Shown here: positions 24,910 through 38,742 of the stretch, in pieces | How the letters are laid out: each line of letters begins with the position of its first letter | Numbering within the stretch: the first letter of the stretch is position 1 | Translations under genes and position numbers: made by a program | Origin: Octopus sinensis | Taxonomy: Eukaryota | DNA length: 64,000 nt | Direction of reading: 5' to 3' | NCBI RefSeq assembly: GCF_006345805.1 | Contig: NC_043000.1 | Location: 21,018,001-21,082,000, forward strand | Notes under the pieces: generated by a model | What the model saw: only the letters and a program-made list of their open reading frames with translations | The model's database searches: none | What the model was told of the DNA's origin: nothing

Positions 24910-27290
24910 TTCGATTGGGAAACCTTCTGTTGGCCACAGAGTGCAAACGATTTTGTTGAGCTTGTGCTGGACTCAAACTGGTCACAAGTAGTCACCTCTC
25001 CAACAAGAGGCGACAACACCTTGGACCTGCTCTTCACCACAACTCCTGAAGCGGTTATCAATTGCACTACGGAGGAACCTCTAGGTGACTCTGATCATGC
25101 TATGATCATCGCCAATCTGGCTCTTGCGGGCAACAAACACCTGAACATCTCCAATCTGCTCCCTTCGATTGGAAGAGAGCAGATTGGAACTGTACCACAC
25201 TGAACTACAGCACCCAAACTGGCGTGAATTCTACAACTCTGGAGATGTGAATACTATACTCCAGAGTATCCTGGACTCAATATGGGCAGCATGTGCAGCA
25301 TCAGTGCCACGTAAACAAAAAAAGAAGAACCGCCCCAAAAGGGCAATTTGGGAAACTTTAGCGGTCCGACTTGCCAGGAAGGAACGTCGGACTGCTGAAC
25401 AGAATACAAGTTGCATAAATCAGACACCAACAGGAAGAAGCGGAATAAATCCTCCAACCATCTCAGCAAGTGACAAAAAAATGCAGTGCTTGAATTTGAA
25501 CAGTGCATAGCAGCCAATCCCGACAGCAAGGTTTTCTGGAAATATGTGCATTCAAAGCAGAGACCTCACTCTCCAGTGGGCCCTCTTCGCAACCTTCACG
25601 AACCAGATCACTGACGACCCCAAGGAATGCGCAGAACTCATTGCCGAGTGCTATGCAAACATATTCACTGTCGAAAGTCAAAATGTACCATCTTCACCAT
25701 CACTAACAGCAAACTCCATAACAACTATGGAATTTACACCTGCAATGCTTCGACGTCACCTTCAAAATAAGCGCAACTATGCCTCCCCTGGTCTCGATGG
25801 AGTTACATACCTGCCTTCTCAAACGTGGCAGGCACTTCCTTTTACACCAGCTTTCTATTTTCTTCCAGTACTGTCTCAACAATGGTGCTATCCGGAGCAG
25901 TGGAAAACTGCCAGTGTCATTCCTCTGTTCAAAAAGGGTGACCGCACATCACCTGTCAACTATCGCCCAGTCAGTCTCACTAGCTGTATTGCAAAACTGA
26001 TGGAATCGTGTGTCAGAGAAACACTCTGGAACTTCTGGAGCTCTCACAGTCTCATCCGACCCTCACAATATGGATTTGTCCCTAACTCCAGCTGCAGTGA
26101 CCAGCTTGTCGAGTTCCTTGAGGACATTACTCAGATCACTGACAGTGGCTCATGGGTGGATGTTATCTACCTTGACTTTGCTAAGGCTTTCAACTCTGTG
26201 CCACACAAAAGGCTTATGGTGAAACTCTCTGCAATGGGTGGGGGGATGACTTTTTAACTGGTTGAAATCCTTCATCCTCAGCCGAAAGGAGGTAGTCACA
26301 GTTCTAGGACAGCACTCTACACCATATGAGATGTCATCGGGTGTACCACAGGGATCTGTCCTTGGTCCCCTCCTGTTTGTGGATACATTAATGACATAGA
26401 TGCCAATTTAAAGAATGCCACAGTATTGAAATATGCAGACGACATCAAGCTGTACCTTGAAATCAAGAGGACTGATCCTGATGTCTACAACTCTTTCCTG
26501 CAATCAGACCTAGACACAATGCAGCAATGGATCACAGACTGGCAACTGAACTGGCTGTGGACAAGTGTACCACCATGCATTTTGGGAGAAAAAACCCTGC
26601 GTCACACATACTCCCTCCACAACACTGATATCAAGAAATCCTCTTGCGAGCGTGACCTAGGCATCACTGTCAGCAGTGATTTGCGTTGGACAAAGCATAT
26701 CTCTAAAATTGTCAAGAAGCCGAGAGTGTCTTGGCATCACTCAGCAAGATTGTTAGCCGCTCTCCAGCCATCTATTTAAAACTGTATACAGCTATGGTAT
26801 GACCACACTTGGAATTCGCATCATCAGTTTGGAATCCCTATCTTGCTCAGAACATTGACCTCCTGGAATCTGTCCAGAGACGTGCAACCAAACGCATACC
26901 CTCCATCAGACACCTACCATATTCTGAGCGCCTTGTTTCCCTGGGCATGGATTCACTGAAGCTCCGGCGTCTAGCGACGGACTTGGTAAACACCCACAAG
27001 GTTATCAACCACCTCACCAACAACAACACTGAACACCTTTTTGATCTCCATGTGTCTAACACACGTGGACATGCCTACAAAGTCAGAAAACAGCACAGCT
27101 CCCATGACTTTCGGAAACATTTTTTCACGCTCAGGGTTGCTGAAGCGTGGAATAAACTGCCTGCATCAGTTGTAAGGCCCTCATGCTTCCCGAAATCCGT
27201 CGAAACTACACCTGATTATATATACACTTTAGATGAATTGTAGTGCACCTGAGCACTGTACACAATTATTATTATTATTATTATTATGTC
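24910..27290 (+). mobile_element. 5'-truncated CR1-clade LINE (endonuclease end plus RT, multiple frameshifts)
   Basis: TRGDNTLDLL, LGDSDH, NYRPVSLTS, QYGF, YLDFAKAF, GVPQGSVLGP and KYADD motifs; (ATT)n tail. Confidence 0.92.
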
Positions 27291-27449
27291 TAGAGCTGGC
27301 AAACCGGAGTGCTGCTCTAGGCTCCAGTCTGATTTGGCATAGTTTCTACAGCTGGATCCCTTTCCTAATGCCAACTACTTTACAGAGAGTGCTGGGTGCT
27401 TTGGTGGGAAAAAAAAACTTCCAAAAATACAAAACAATACCATACAAAC

Positions 27450-27523
27450 CTCTTTGGAACTTTTCCGTTGAACTGGAAGAGAAGTTTTAGAACCGAATGC
27501 TATCAGCTTCTTTGTCTTTAAAT
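27450..27523 (-). CDS. CFAP20DC: CFAP20DC coding exon 9 (DLKTKKLIAFGSKTSLPVQRKSSKE)
   Basis: tttacctag acceptor, gtttgt donor, 74 nt, phase 1/0; IAFGSK motif. Confidence 0.8.
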
Positions 27524-28139
27524 CTAGGTAAAGAAAGAAATAAAGTCAAAATGTTGACTGTTAACATGTATTTTCTAGGATACCTGTCTGCATTCAATTT
27601 ACAGTGTTTTCCGTATTCCACAAACTCAAGATTTTGCATGAATTGTTTAATGGGAAGCCTCTACATGTCACACAATCTCTCTTAAATCCCCCAAATCCAT
27701 TTAAAATATATAAAAATTAATATTAAACAACGATAGGATAGTCATAGCTGGAATGCCTTTAATTATAGATTTGCTCAGTCAGAACTGATTTGAGCTAATT
27801 AACAACCTTCCAACATCAGTTATGAAGTATGACTAGAATCTGATTTCAGCAATTTGAACTAATTTTAATTAAGCACAGTATACTAATTGTGTGGTAAGCT
27901 GGCAGAATCATTAGCATGTTGGAAAAAATGCTTAATGGCATATCTTCCAGTTCTGTACATTCTGAGTTCAACTTTTCCTTTCATGTCTTCAGGCTTGATA
28001 AAATAAAGTACCAGTCAAGTACAGGGATGGTTAGTCCACATTTATCTGTAAGGAGCCTAGCACTGGTTTCTCTGGCATATATATATATTTCTTCCTGGAC
28101 AGGACACTGGCCTGTTGCAGGACCACTCATTTTTACCAG

Positions 28140-28272
28140 CTGAGTGGACTGGAGCAACATGAAATGAAGTGTTCTGCTCAAGAACACAATGCATCACCTG
28201 ATCCAGGATTTGAAACTACAATCCTATGATCATGAGACTAACACCCTAACCACTAAGTCATGCACATCCACA
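28140..28272 (-). mobile_element. SINE family D head, CpG-decayed
   Basis: Aligns by eye with 53543-53680. Confidence 0.65.
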
Positions 28273-28404
28273 TTCTTGGATAGATGTAATCAACTTGTCC
28301 CCTCCTTTCAAATCGCTAGCCTTGAACCCTGCAATGGATGAGCATCTTGTTCAGAGGGAATGTTGTGATCTTGGTCACTTGTATGCCATGGAAACCAGCC
28401 TTAA

Positions 28405-29457
28405 CCCTTTCGTTACTATATTTCTGACCAAAATACACCCCTTATGTGTTTCAATTAATTTCTAACATAATCATAAATTTAGTCTGGTTTCATTAAACAA
28501 CTATAACTTTTTTATTTATCAATATATTAACGTGAATTTTGGAAGATAATTTAATGAAATGTTCTCAACCAATTCTATACTATAATTTTTGTCACAAAGT
28601 GACTCTAATTGCAGGTAGATACAGGTAAATTCAACAAAATATAAAATTATTAAAATTTTGTTCAAACATCGCTATAGAAAATGGGTTATTAGCTAATATT
28701 CAATTGGGTATACAACAAAATTTTACGATAGAATTTGTTATTCTGGGTAACTTTCTGATACCCATAATAATATTTATGGCAAAATAAGCCTTAATTTCAT
28801 TTAAGGTTATGGGAAACCACAAAGTATCCTTTCTTTCGTTTTGTTTACATTTAGCGTAACGGTTCATTTCCGCCGTAATGATTTCAAATAGGCTCATTCG
28901 AAAAAGTAAAAAGAAATAGTCTAAGGCTTTACTCTTCTGGGAAAGTCTGTGGCTTGGTCCAGTTTCTTCAGAAAAATCACCGAAAGAAACAGTTTTTAAA
29001 TTTTCACTCCATTCGGGTGCCAATTCATTTTCTTTATCGCTGTCGGAGCTCTCGGATTCACTGTTTTCACTTTCGGAAAATGAAACATCAGATTCATTAT
29101 CAAATACCACGTGCTTTTTTTTTTTCAGTCATAGAGTTAGATTTATGAAGGTCTTCAGTAGAAAATCCTTCGAATTCTGACTCGCTGCTTGATATAATGA
29201 AATTCGTATCCATTTTTTGTCAGAATTACAAATTTTGAAAACACAATAGGAACAAATTTTGGGAAAAAATCTCCCAAAATTACACTTCGATTTTTGTACA
29301 AAACTGTAGTTGAACTCTTTACGAAGTATAATACGTATTTTCACGAATGTACTAAAGAGATTTGCTCTAATATTCTCATTTAAGTATGAATAGGTAAATT
29401 CGGGCGGTTTGGTGACATTAACCAAAATTTTTTTTGGGTGGTTTGGTAACGAAAGGG
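28405..29457 (-). mobile_element. Internally deleted piggyBac retaining the transposase N-terminus (ORF 28700-29110)
   Basis: Perfect TTAA at 28401 and 29458; TIR CCCTTTCGTTAC; acidic N-terminus, YFFLLF..EIITAEMNRYA, EIKAYFAINIIMGI. Confidence 0.9.
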
Positions 29458-30193
29458 TTAAAGTCCTAGGGTTCAAAAACAATAAGGAAAAACCCACATA
29501 TTTGTAAAATAGTTATTAGAGTAAAGAGGAGACAATGGCAACAATTCTTTTCTACTCAAGGTACAAGGCCCAAAATTTTGGTGGAGGGGGCCAGTCAATT
29601 AGATCGACTCCAGTATGCAACTGGTACTTAATTTATTGACCCCGAAAGGATGAAAAGCAAAGTCGACCTTGGCAAAATTTGAACTCAGAATGTAAAGACA
29701 GATGAAATGCTGCTAAGCAATTCCCCTGATGTGCTAATGTTTCTGCCAGCTTGCTTCCTGAGACAATAACAAGAATGAAGCAACAGATGGTGTATTATGA
29801 ATTCCTCAATCAAACAGAATTGGTAATTTAACCTGTTTTAAACCAACCTATCTGAGACACTATTGGTTCTATGATACAAACTTGTGATCTAAATTAAAAC
29901 CTTCATCAAAAGTTAATTCATGCTCTGAGCACCAGTTTAAAAATGGTTTCAAATTTTGGCACAAGGCCTGCAATTTCAAGGAGAGGGTACGTTGATTATA
30001 TCGACTCCACTGCTCAACTGATACTTATTTTACTGACCCTGAAAAAAAATGAAGGGCAAAGTCAACCTTGATGGAATTTGAACTCAGAACATAAAGGACA
30101 AAATGGTGCTAAGCAGTTTGCCCAGCATGCTCATGATTCTGCCAGCTCACTGCCTTTAATAATGACAAATTTATTTTACTAAATTCTTCATAA

Positions 30194-30782
30194 AGTGGCT
30201 GTGTGGTAAGTTGCTTGCTTACCAACCACATGGTTCCGGGTTCATCTACTACTACCTCGGGCCGACCAAAGCCTTGTGAGTGGATCTGGTAGATGGAAAC
30301 TGAAAGAAGCCCGGTGTATATATGTATATATTATGTGCAAGTGGCACATAAAAAGCACCATTTGAGCGTGGCCATTGCCAGTACCACCTGATTGGCCCTC
30401 GTGCCGGTGGCATATAAAAGCACCCACTACACTCTTGGAGTGGTTGGCGTTAGGAAGGGCATCCAGCTGTAGAAACTCTGCCAGATCAGATTGGAATCTG
30501 GTTCGCCAGACCTCAGTCAAATCGTCCAATCCATGCTAGCATGGAAAGCGCACGTTAAATGATGATGATGATGATGATGATGTGTGTGTGTTTGTCCCCA
30601 CCAACATCGCTTGACAACCAATGCTGGTGTGTTTACGTCCCCGTAACTTAGCGGTTCGGCAAAAGAGACCAATAGAATAAGTACTAGGCTTACAAAGAAT
30701 AAGTCGTGGGGTTGATTTGCTCAACTAAAAGCGGTGCTCCAGCATGGCCACAGTCAAATGACTGAAACAAGTAATAGAGTAA
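30194..30782 (+). mobile_element. SINE family A interrupted by an RTE 3' fragment (about 30335-30582)
   Basis: SINE head, RTE terminal module with (GAT)n, then the SINE 3' half. Confidence 0.82.
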
Positions 30783-31499
30783 ATTTCAAAATTAATTGAA
30801 ATGAAGGGTTCATCTAGACAACTGCTCAACACTTTCAATGTCACACAGCCCTCCACCACCAAATTGCTTATATTCCATAAATATATTGATGTTGAATGAA
30901 TTTAACAAAGGAAAGTAGATACTTCCGTTAAAGCACAATGATCAGATGTGAATGCAGTTGTTGGATATGAATGCACAATAATTGGTATGACAGTACAATT
31001 CACACAAATGAAGGCAGCGAGCTGGCAGAAACGTTAGCATGCTGGGCGAGATACTTAGCAGTATTTCGTCTGCCGTTACGTTCTGAGTTCAAATTCCGCC
31101 GAGGTCGACTTTGCCCTTCATCCTTTTGGCGTTGATAAATTAAGCACCAGTTACGCACTGGGGTCGATGTAATCGACTTAATTCCTTTGTCTGTCCTTGT
31201 TTGTCCTCTCTATGTTTAGCCCCTTGTGGGTAGTAAAAGAAATAAGTACAATTCACACAAATGCACTCATTTATACAATAGGATTCCACACAGTTTCTGC
31301 CTTAAATTTTGCTCATAAAACAGTGGTAAGCCTGAAGCTATAGTAAAAGAATATTTGTCCAATGTATCATGCAGTGGTATTGAATCAAACTGCTTAGCTA
31401 TACAGCCATGCCTGCATCATCATCATCACCAGTCAATGCCCAGCTTTCATGCTGCTGTGGATTAGATGGTTTGAAGTGATTGATACTGCATCACCTTAC

Positions 31500-34400
31500 T
31501 AGCATGTATGCTGGTGGCACGTGAAAAAAACATTCGAGCGAGGTCGTCGCCAGTGTCGCTGGATTAGCTCCTGTGCAAGTGGCACATAAAAAGCACCATT
31601 TGAGTGTGGCCGTTGCCAGTACCACCAAACTGGCCCTCCTGCCGGTGGCACGTAAAAGCACCCACTACATTCTTGGAGTGCTTGGCATTAGGAAGGGCAT
31701 CCAGCTGTAGAAACTCTGCCAGATCAGATTGGAGTCTGGTTCGCCAGGCCTCAGTCAAATTGTCCAACCCATGCTAGCATGGAAAGCGCACGTCAGAAGA
31801 TGATGATGATGAAAAGGTGTGAAGAGTCATGCACCAATACTTTGGCATGGTTTCTACAGCTGGACACCCCTCCTAACACTAAGAAGAAATACCTAGGCAG
31901 TAATTCTAAGACAGAAGTCGATCACCTGTATCTGACATAGATGAATGCTGAAACTCATTTCTGTTGCCTGATGCTTCCCATGATATATTTCCATTTTCCA
32001 TATTATTTAACTTTTCTCCATGCTGTATTTTTCTGATGTTGATAATCTAGAATGAAAAATATGTTGATAATATAATTTGATAAACAAAATTATGTAAGAA
32101 TGCAATTCCTTTAATTTATATTAATTTATTTACTTCATTTTCATACAAATTAATTTTCAAGAAGTCAATCACAAAAGCTGGATGCCTTTCTTAATGCCAA
32201 CCACTCCAAGAGTGTAGTGGGTGCTTTTTATGTGCCACCAGCACGGGTACCAATTACAAAACACCAGCATTTGTTATGACTACGATCTCACTTGGCTTGG
32301 CAGATCTTCTCAAGCACAGTATATTGCCAAAGATCTTGGTCATTTGTCACAGCTTCTGTGAGGCCCAAAGTTTGAAGGATGCTTTTTAAATGCCACCGGC
32401 ACAGGTGCCAGATATGTGACACTAGCATTGGTCATGACTACAATTACACTTGGCTTGATGGGTCTTCTCAAACACAACATATTGCTCACATTTGAAGGGT
32501 GCTTTTTGGCTAACTGGCTTCCATGCCAGTGGCACGTAAAAGGCACCATCCGAGCATGATCATTACCAGCATCATCTTACTGGCACTTGTGCCACGTGTT
32601 AGTGGGGCACTAAGAGCACCATCCAAGCGTGATCATTGCCAGAGCGGCTAACTGGCTTTCATGCCGGTGGCACGTAAAAGGCACCATTTGAGCGTGATTG
32701 TTACCAGCATGATCATTACCAGCATTGCCTTACTGGTACTTGTGCTGGTGGCACGTGAAAAAAAATTTGAGCGAGGCCATTGCCAATACTGCCTGACTGG
32801 CCCTCATGCCGGTGGCACGTAAAAGCACCCACTTCACTCTCAGAGTGGTTGGCGTTAGGAAGGGAATCCAGCTGTAGAAACACTGCCAGATCAAGATTGG
32901 AGCCTGGTGCAGCTATCTGGTTCGCCAGTCCTCAGTCAAATCATCCAACCCATGCTAGCATGGAAAGCAGACATTAAACGATGATGAGTATCAAGTAAAT
33001 AAAAATCTTTAGCCCTTGATTAATAAATACACTATGCATTTCTGTTTTTTTCTAATTCTCTTATTTGGTCATAATTTGACTGAAAATCATTCCACCAAAT
33101 TTTCCAGTTCTCAGCCATATTGTGTTTCATCCTTAAATTTCAATCCCCATGTCTTTCTATTAACTATCTTCCAAGACTCCAAACATTGAAACAAGGTCTC
33201 AGATTTAAAATGAGTATGAGAAAATGAAGTTGTGATGTTCATGCCTTTTATAAAAATAGTGCAAATATTTGTGTGATAAGACGGCTGCAAGCAGCAGTGA
33301 AAGCCAGAGCAGAAATCTAGACCAAAGATTAAGTGTTCTACAACACTTGTAAGTACTCCACAATTATATTTAATATCATGAGTGGATTCAGTAGACTGTC
33401 ATATGTATGTATATGCATGTATATATGTGTTTGTCTCTTTGCTCACATCTTCAATCACTTGTATGAAAGAGTGGTGTTGTGGTGTTATCAATAAATTATT
33501 GAGGCACTCTGTGCCATGAGGAATAAACAACGGCTTACTTGAAAAACAAGTAAGAGTTGATATTAGAAAGGGTGTCTGGTTGTAAAACAATTCCTCAAAT
33601 ATAGCGTGTCTTGAATGGCACAACAATGCAGAGTGGACTATAATAACTGTTATGATTTAATTATCCATAGTCTGTGGGACACAAAACTCTACTTGTGAAG
33701 ACCTGTGGAAGCAAGTGAAAATCAAAATCAAAATCGATCAACATCAATGGAATTGTAGCTGTGATACCAGTGCCGGTGGCACGTAAGAGAACCATCCGAA
33801 TGCGGCCATTGCCAGCGCCGCCCCGACTGGCCTCCGTGCTGGTGGCATGTAAAAAGCACCATCCGATCGTGGCCGTTGCCAGCCTTGTCTGGCACGTAAA
33901 AAGCACCTACTACACTCACGGAGTGGTTGGCATTAGGAAGGGCATCCAGCTGTAGAAACACTGCCAGATCAGACTGGGCCTGGTGCAGCCTTCTGGCTTC
34001 CCAGACCCCAGTTGAACCGTCCAACCCATGTTAGCATGGAAAGCGGACGTTAAACGATATGATAATGAATATAAAAATTCCTTCTTCAGATATCGCTAGG
34101 AATTGATTGAGTCGCTGCTATAATCGGTTTTCTAATGGTTACTGAAATTTTTTTTTCCAGAAGTGTCTCTGCAGTGGTCTCATGAAGCTCCTTCCGAAAT
34201 TCTTCATGAGAAGTGCATGCGAGCAGCCATATTTCAAGCTCACATGTGTTGGCACATCTGCAGCACTGATTTTAAGTTATGTATTATACATGTAGTTTCT
34301 TGTTCCTTTTTTTTTATTTCCAATACATGGGCATGTTATCAAAAATGAACCTACATGCATCCAGATGTAGCTAAATTCCTCAAATAATACAGTTGTCCAA

Positions 34401-35190
34401 CCTATGTAAGCATGAAAAATGGACTTTGAACAAATGCTAAGACTGTCTAAATTGTATGAATCACCAAATATAAGAAACCAAGATGAAACATAAAAATGAG
34501 TCTGAGGTTTGCATATATCAAACTTCTATGTAAAAACAAATTACATAATTCGGATCTGTAAGCTTGAATCTGACATCCAAGCTACAATGACCCCTTTTCA
34601 CTTAGGATAAAGCCACATCACTCTATAAATTAATTAAGATCAATAATTGATTTTTTGGGGTCTCACAGAGGCAATGACTAGTGACTAAGACTTTTGGCGA
34701 TACGCTATGCTTGAGAAGACTCATCAAGCCATGTGAAATTGTAGTTGTGGCCAATGCTGGTGTCACATAACTGGCCCCCATGCCAGTAGCATGTAAAAAG
34801 CACCTTTCAAGCATTGGGCTTCAAGGAGGCAAGGTGGCCAATGCTGGTAGCAGGTGAAAAGCACCCTTTCGGTGTTGGGCCTCACAGAGACAATGACGAA
34901 TGACTGAGACCTTTGGTATTATGTCGTGCTTGAGAAGAAGATCCATCAAGCCAAGTAAAATTGCAGTAGTGGAAGATACTGGTACACACAAATGACATCC
35001 CTGCTGGTGGCACATAAAAGCACCCATTACACTCTCGGAGTGGTTGGCGTTAGGAAGGGCATCCAGCCATAGAAACCATGCCAAATCAGACTGGAGTCTG
35101 ATACAGCTTGCGAGCTTGCCAGCGCTGGTCAAACTGTCCAACCCATGCCAGCATGGAGAATAAATGTTAAATGATGATGATGATGATGAG
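31500..35190. mobile_element. Cluster of RTE 3' UTR fragments (about 31500-31812 +, 32165-32500 -, 32510-32990 +, 33670-34070 +, 34630-35190 +)
   Basis: Repeated terminal modules and (GAT)n tails; CFAP20DC exon 8 lies among them. Confidence 0.75.
31926..32046 (-). CDS. CFAP20DC: CFAP20DC coding exon 8 (IINIRKIQHGEKLNN...SMSDT)
   Basis: tcattctag acceptor, gtgatc donor, 121 nt, phase 0/1. Confidence 0.78.
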
Positions 35191-35263
35191 TTGATAAAGA
35201 AATCTAGAAATAAAAAGTAAAACATAGTGAATGGAAAGATTATTTAAAAAAAAACAATCTTAC

Positions 35264-35346
35264 TTGAGTAGAACTCTGTACATCATTTACAAACTGACAT
35301 TGTTTTGGGATATAGTCAAATTCCAGCTGACAATTGCCAACATCAT
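35264..35346 (-). CDS. CFAP20DC: CFAP20DC coding exon 7 (DDVGNCQLEFDYIPKQCQFVNDVQSSTQ)
   Basis: ttttcatag acceptor, gtaaga donor, 83 nt, phase 1/0. Confidence 0.85.
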
Positions 35347-35374
35347 CTATGAAAAGGAAATATAAGGGTTTTAA

Positions 35375-35409
<35 letters not shown>

Positions 35410-35489
35410 TGCTCAAATATTCATACATACACACACAAACACAAATATACATAAATGTTAGTTTTAATGCACCACTGATCTGACAAATA

Positions 35490-35974
35490 TATCTTAAAAT
35501 CCAGAAGCCTCATACCTCTGGTCTTCACACAGCAGAACATTGGCAAACTTCTCCCTTTATGCTCCCCTTCTAGCTAAATATACCAGTCTTCCAGACCTTC
35601 CAGGCCTATTATTTGGCTCTACTTCTTCGCTGTTTCACCACTATGTCACCCTAGATCAGGGTGGGACTTTGCACCAGCCACAAATTTGGTCTGTGGCCAT
35701 CAGTAAGCTGCCCTATAGTAGGAACTTCTCATTGTCCCCTATATTAAATGTCTCTATTTCCCTACGTCTTGTGAAATGCTTTAATTAGGACGTCTCTAAA
35801 TCTCTGACTATTCAAAAGTTCCTTATACTTCCATATCTTCTTTTTCCAAATTGGTTTGCTTCTGGGAGTCTTTCTAGCCAAAAGTATGAAGTCACTAATG
35901 ACTAACCTATGTTAAGGAGTCCAAGTGTCTTTGCATTTATAAGCAACTATTTATCCTGCTTTCTGGTGAGAACA
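35490..35974 (-). mobile_element. Old RTE copy: endonuclease end and linker (continuation of 38743-38950)
   Basis: YVLTRKQD, LVISDF and REKFANVL..EDQR remnants. Confidence 0.7.
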
Positions 35975-35976
35975 TA

Positions 35977-38740
35977 CTGTAAATCCTCGAGTATAGTCCG
36001 CCCTTGAGTATAATACGCAGGGGATTTTAAGGGGCTGTCATCATCATCATCATCATCATCATCGTTTAGCGTCCGTTTCCATGCTAGCATGGGTTGGACG
36101 GTTCAACTGGGGTCTGGGAAGCCAGAAGGCTGTACCAGGCCCAGTCTGATCTGGCAATGTTTCTACGGCTGGATGCCCTTCCTAACGTCAACCACTCCAT
36201 GAGTGTAGTGGGTGCTTTTTACGTGCCACCGGCACAGGTGCCAGACGAGTCTGGCAAACGGCCACAATCGGATGGTGCCTTTTATGTGCCACCGGCACGG
36301 GGGCCAGGCGAGGCTGGCAACGACCACGAACGGATGGTGCTTTTTACGTGCCACCGGCACGAGGCCAGTCGGGGCGGCACTGGCAATGGCCACGTTCGGA
36401 TGGTTCTCTTACGTGCCACCGGCACTGGTATCTCAGCTGCAATTTCCATTGATCGATTTCGATTCTGATTCTCACTTGCCTCAACAGGTTTTCACAAGTA
36501 GAGTTTTGTGTCCCAAGAAGGGAAGGTATGCATAAGTGGACTGGCTACATCCCGTGTAGAAGGCCACGGGTTATGGTCTCACTTGTCCAGCCGGGTCTTC
36601 TCACGCACAGCATACTTCCAGAGGTCTCGGTCTCTAGTCATTTCCTCAGTCTGCCTCTTCCACAGGTTCCCTCAACCGCTAGGGTGTGGCACTTTTTCAC
36701 ACAACTATCTTCATCCATTCTCGCCACATGACCATACTGGTAAACGTCTCTCTTGCACACCACATCTGATGCTTCTTAGGTCCAGCTTTTCTCTCAAGGT
36801 ACTTACACTCTGTCGAGTATGAATACTGACATTACACATCCATCGGAGCATACTGGCTTCATTTCTTGCGAGCTTACGCATATCCTCAGCAGTCATGGCC
36901 CATGTTTCACTGCCATGTAGCATGGCTGTTCATACACACGCGTCATACATTTTGCCTTTTACTCTGAGCGAGAGGCCTTTTGTCACCAGCAGAGGTAAGA
37001 GCTCTCTGAACTTTGCCCAAGCTATTCTTACTCTAGCAGTTACACTTTCAGCACACCCACCCCCGCTACTGACTTGGTCACCTAGGTAACGGAAGCTATC
37101 AACTATTTCTAGTTTTTCTCCCTGGAAAGTGACAGAAGTTGGTCTCAGAGCATTTTCAGTGTTTATTGTTCCTGAGCATCTGCCACATACAAAAACTATC
37201 TTCCCAGTTAGCCTTCCTTTGACATTGCTGCACCTCTTATGTGTCCATAGCTTACACTTGGTGCATCTTATAGAGTTTCTACCTACACCTTTTCAACAGA
37301 TCGAGCAGGGCCATCTACCTGAAGGCGTTTGTGATTTGTCTACCTTCCTACTTATTACGACTTTGGTTTTAGCTAGATTGACTCTAAGGCCCTTCGATTC
37401 TAATCCTTGCTTCCACACCTGAAACTTCTCCTCCAGTTCTGATAGTGACTCAGCAATTAGAGCAAGGTCATCAGCATAGAGGAGCTCCCAAGGGCATCCT
37501 GTCTTGAATTCCTCCGTTATTGCCTGGAGGACTATGATAAATAGGAGGGGGCTGAGTACTGAGCCTTGGTGGACCCCTACCTCTACCCGGAATTCTTCAC
37601 TGTACTCGTTGCCAACCCTCACCTTACTTACAGCATCCCTGTACATGGCTTGCACAGCTCTCACCAGCCATTCATCTATCCCTAGTTTCCTCATTGACCA
37701 CCAGATAAGAGATTGGGGGACCCTGTCGAAGGCTTTCTTCATGTCAACAAAAGTCAGGTACAGGGGCTTATCTTTGGCTAGGTATTTCTCCTGCAGCTGC
37801 CTTACCAGGAATATAGCATCAGTGGTACTTTTCCCTGGCACGAACCCAAACTGCATCTCATCTAAACTAACTCTCTCTCTAATTAGTTGGTCAATGACCG
37901 TCTCCGTAACCTTCATTACCTGATCCAACAGCTTGATGCCTCTGTAATTATTTGTATCTAGGGCGTCACCTTTACCTTTGTAACAGTTGACTATTATGCT
38001 GCTACACCAGTCATTGGGTATGACTCCTTCGTGTATCACTTGATTAACTATACGGGTGACTAGGCTATAGCCGACACTACCAGATATTTTGAGCATCTCT
38101 GCAGTGATTCCTGATGGGCCTGGGTCTTTCCCTGTCTTCATGCTTCTAATTGCCTTAACTACCAAGGAACTGTCAACTCGGATAGCTGGTCCCTCTGTTG
38201 GGTCAACATTCGGCAGACTCTCTTTATCCCATTCATTTTCTTTATTCAGCAACCTTTTATAGTGGCGTCTCCAAACCTCTCTCTGAACTTCTGAAAAACC
38301 TAAACCTTGTGTATAATATGCACCCCTTCTCTAACTTGAGTCGTACATAATTAAGCCAGCAGCACCTAGTCGAACAAATATTTCCGTGCATGTGCAATAC
38401 AATAATGGTGATGTTCTGTTATATGGGAATGTAAATATGTTTGCAAATTGTTTTTGTTACATGTTATTCTGTGTTCTGAATACTTTTATTTTAATAAATG
38501 TTGCTTACTGCAAGTTATGGATGATTCTTTTATGACTTCATTGCTTTCCGGTTTAGCTTAAGGTATTTTCGTGCCCGACATCAGAAAATGCATCTGAATA
38601 AACATTGCCAGACAGCAAATAGAGACTCGGACATTGCTTGGAAAATATTTTTCATTTTTAACCTCGTATATAGTACGCACTAGGGATTTTGACCTTTAAA
38701 TTTTGGGGAAAAAGTGTGAATTATACTCGAGGATTTACGG
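35977..38740. mobile_element. pogo/Tc1-type MITE with TA TSD, split by a younger RTE
   Basis: TA-CTGTAAATCCTCGAGTATA ... TATACTCGAGGATTTACGG-TA. Confidence 0.82.
36048..38283 (-). mobile_element. 5'-truncated RTE LINE (RT ORF 37293-38252, PHD finger with a nonsense codon, modular 3' UTR)
   Basis: Near-identical protein to the 675-2533 copy; (GAT)n tail at about 36048-36065. Confidence 0.92.
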
Positions 38741-38742
38741 TA

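Noticed and set aside
34140-34350. Plus-strand acceptor and short ORF 34163-34348
   Set aside because: No recognisable product, donor partner or second exon.
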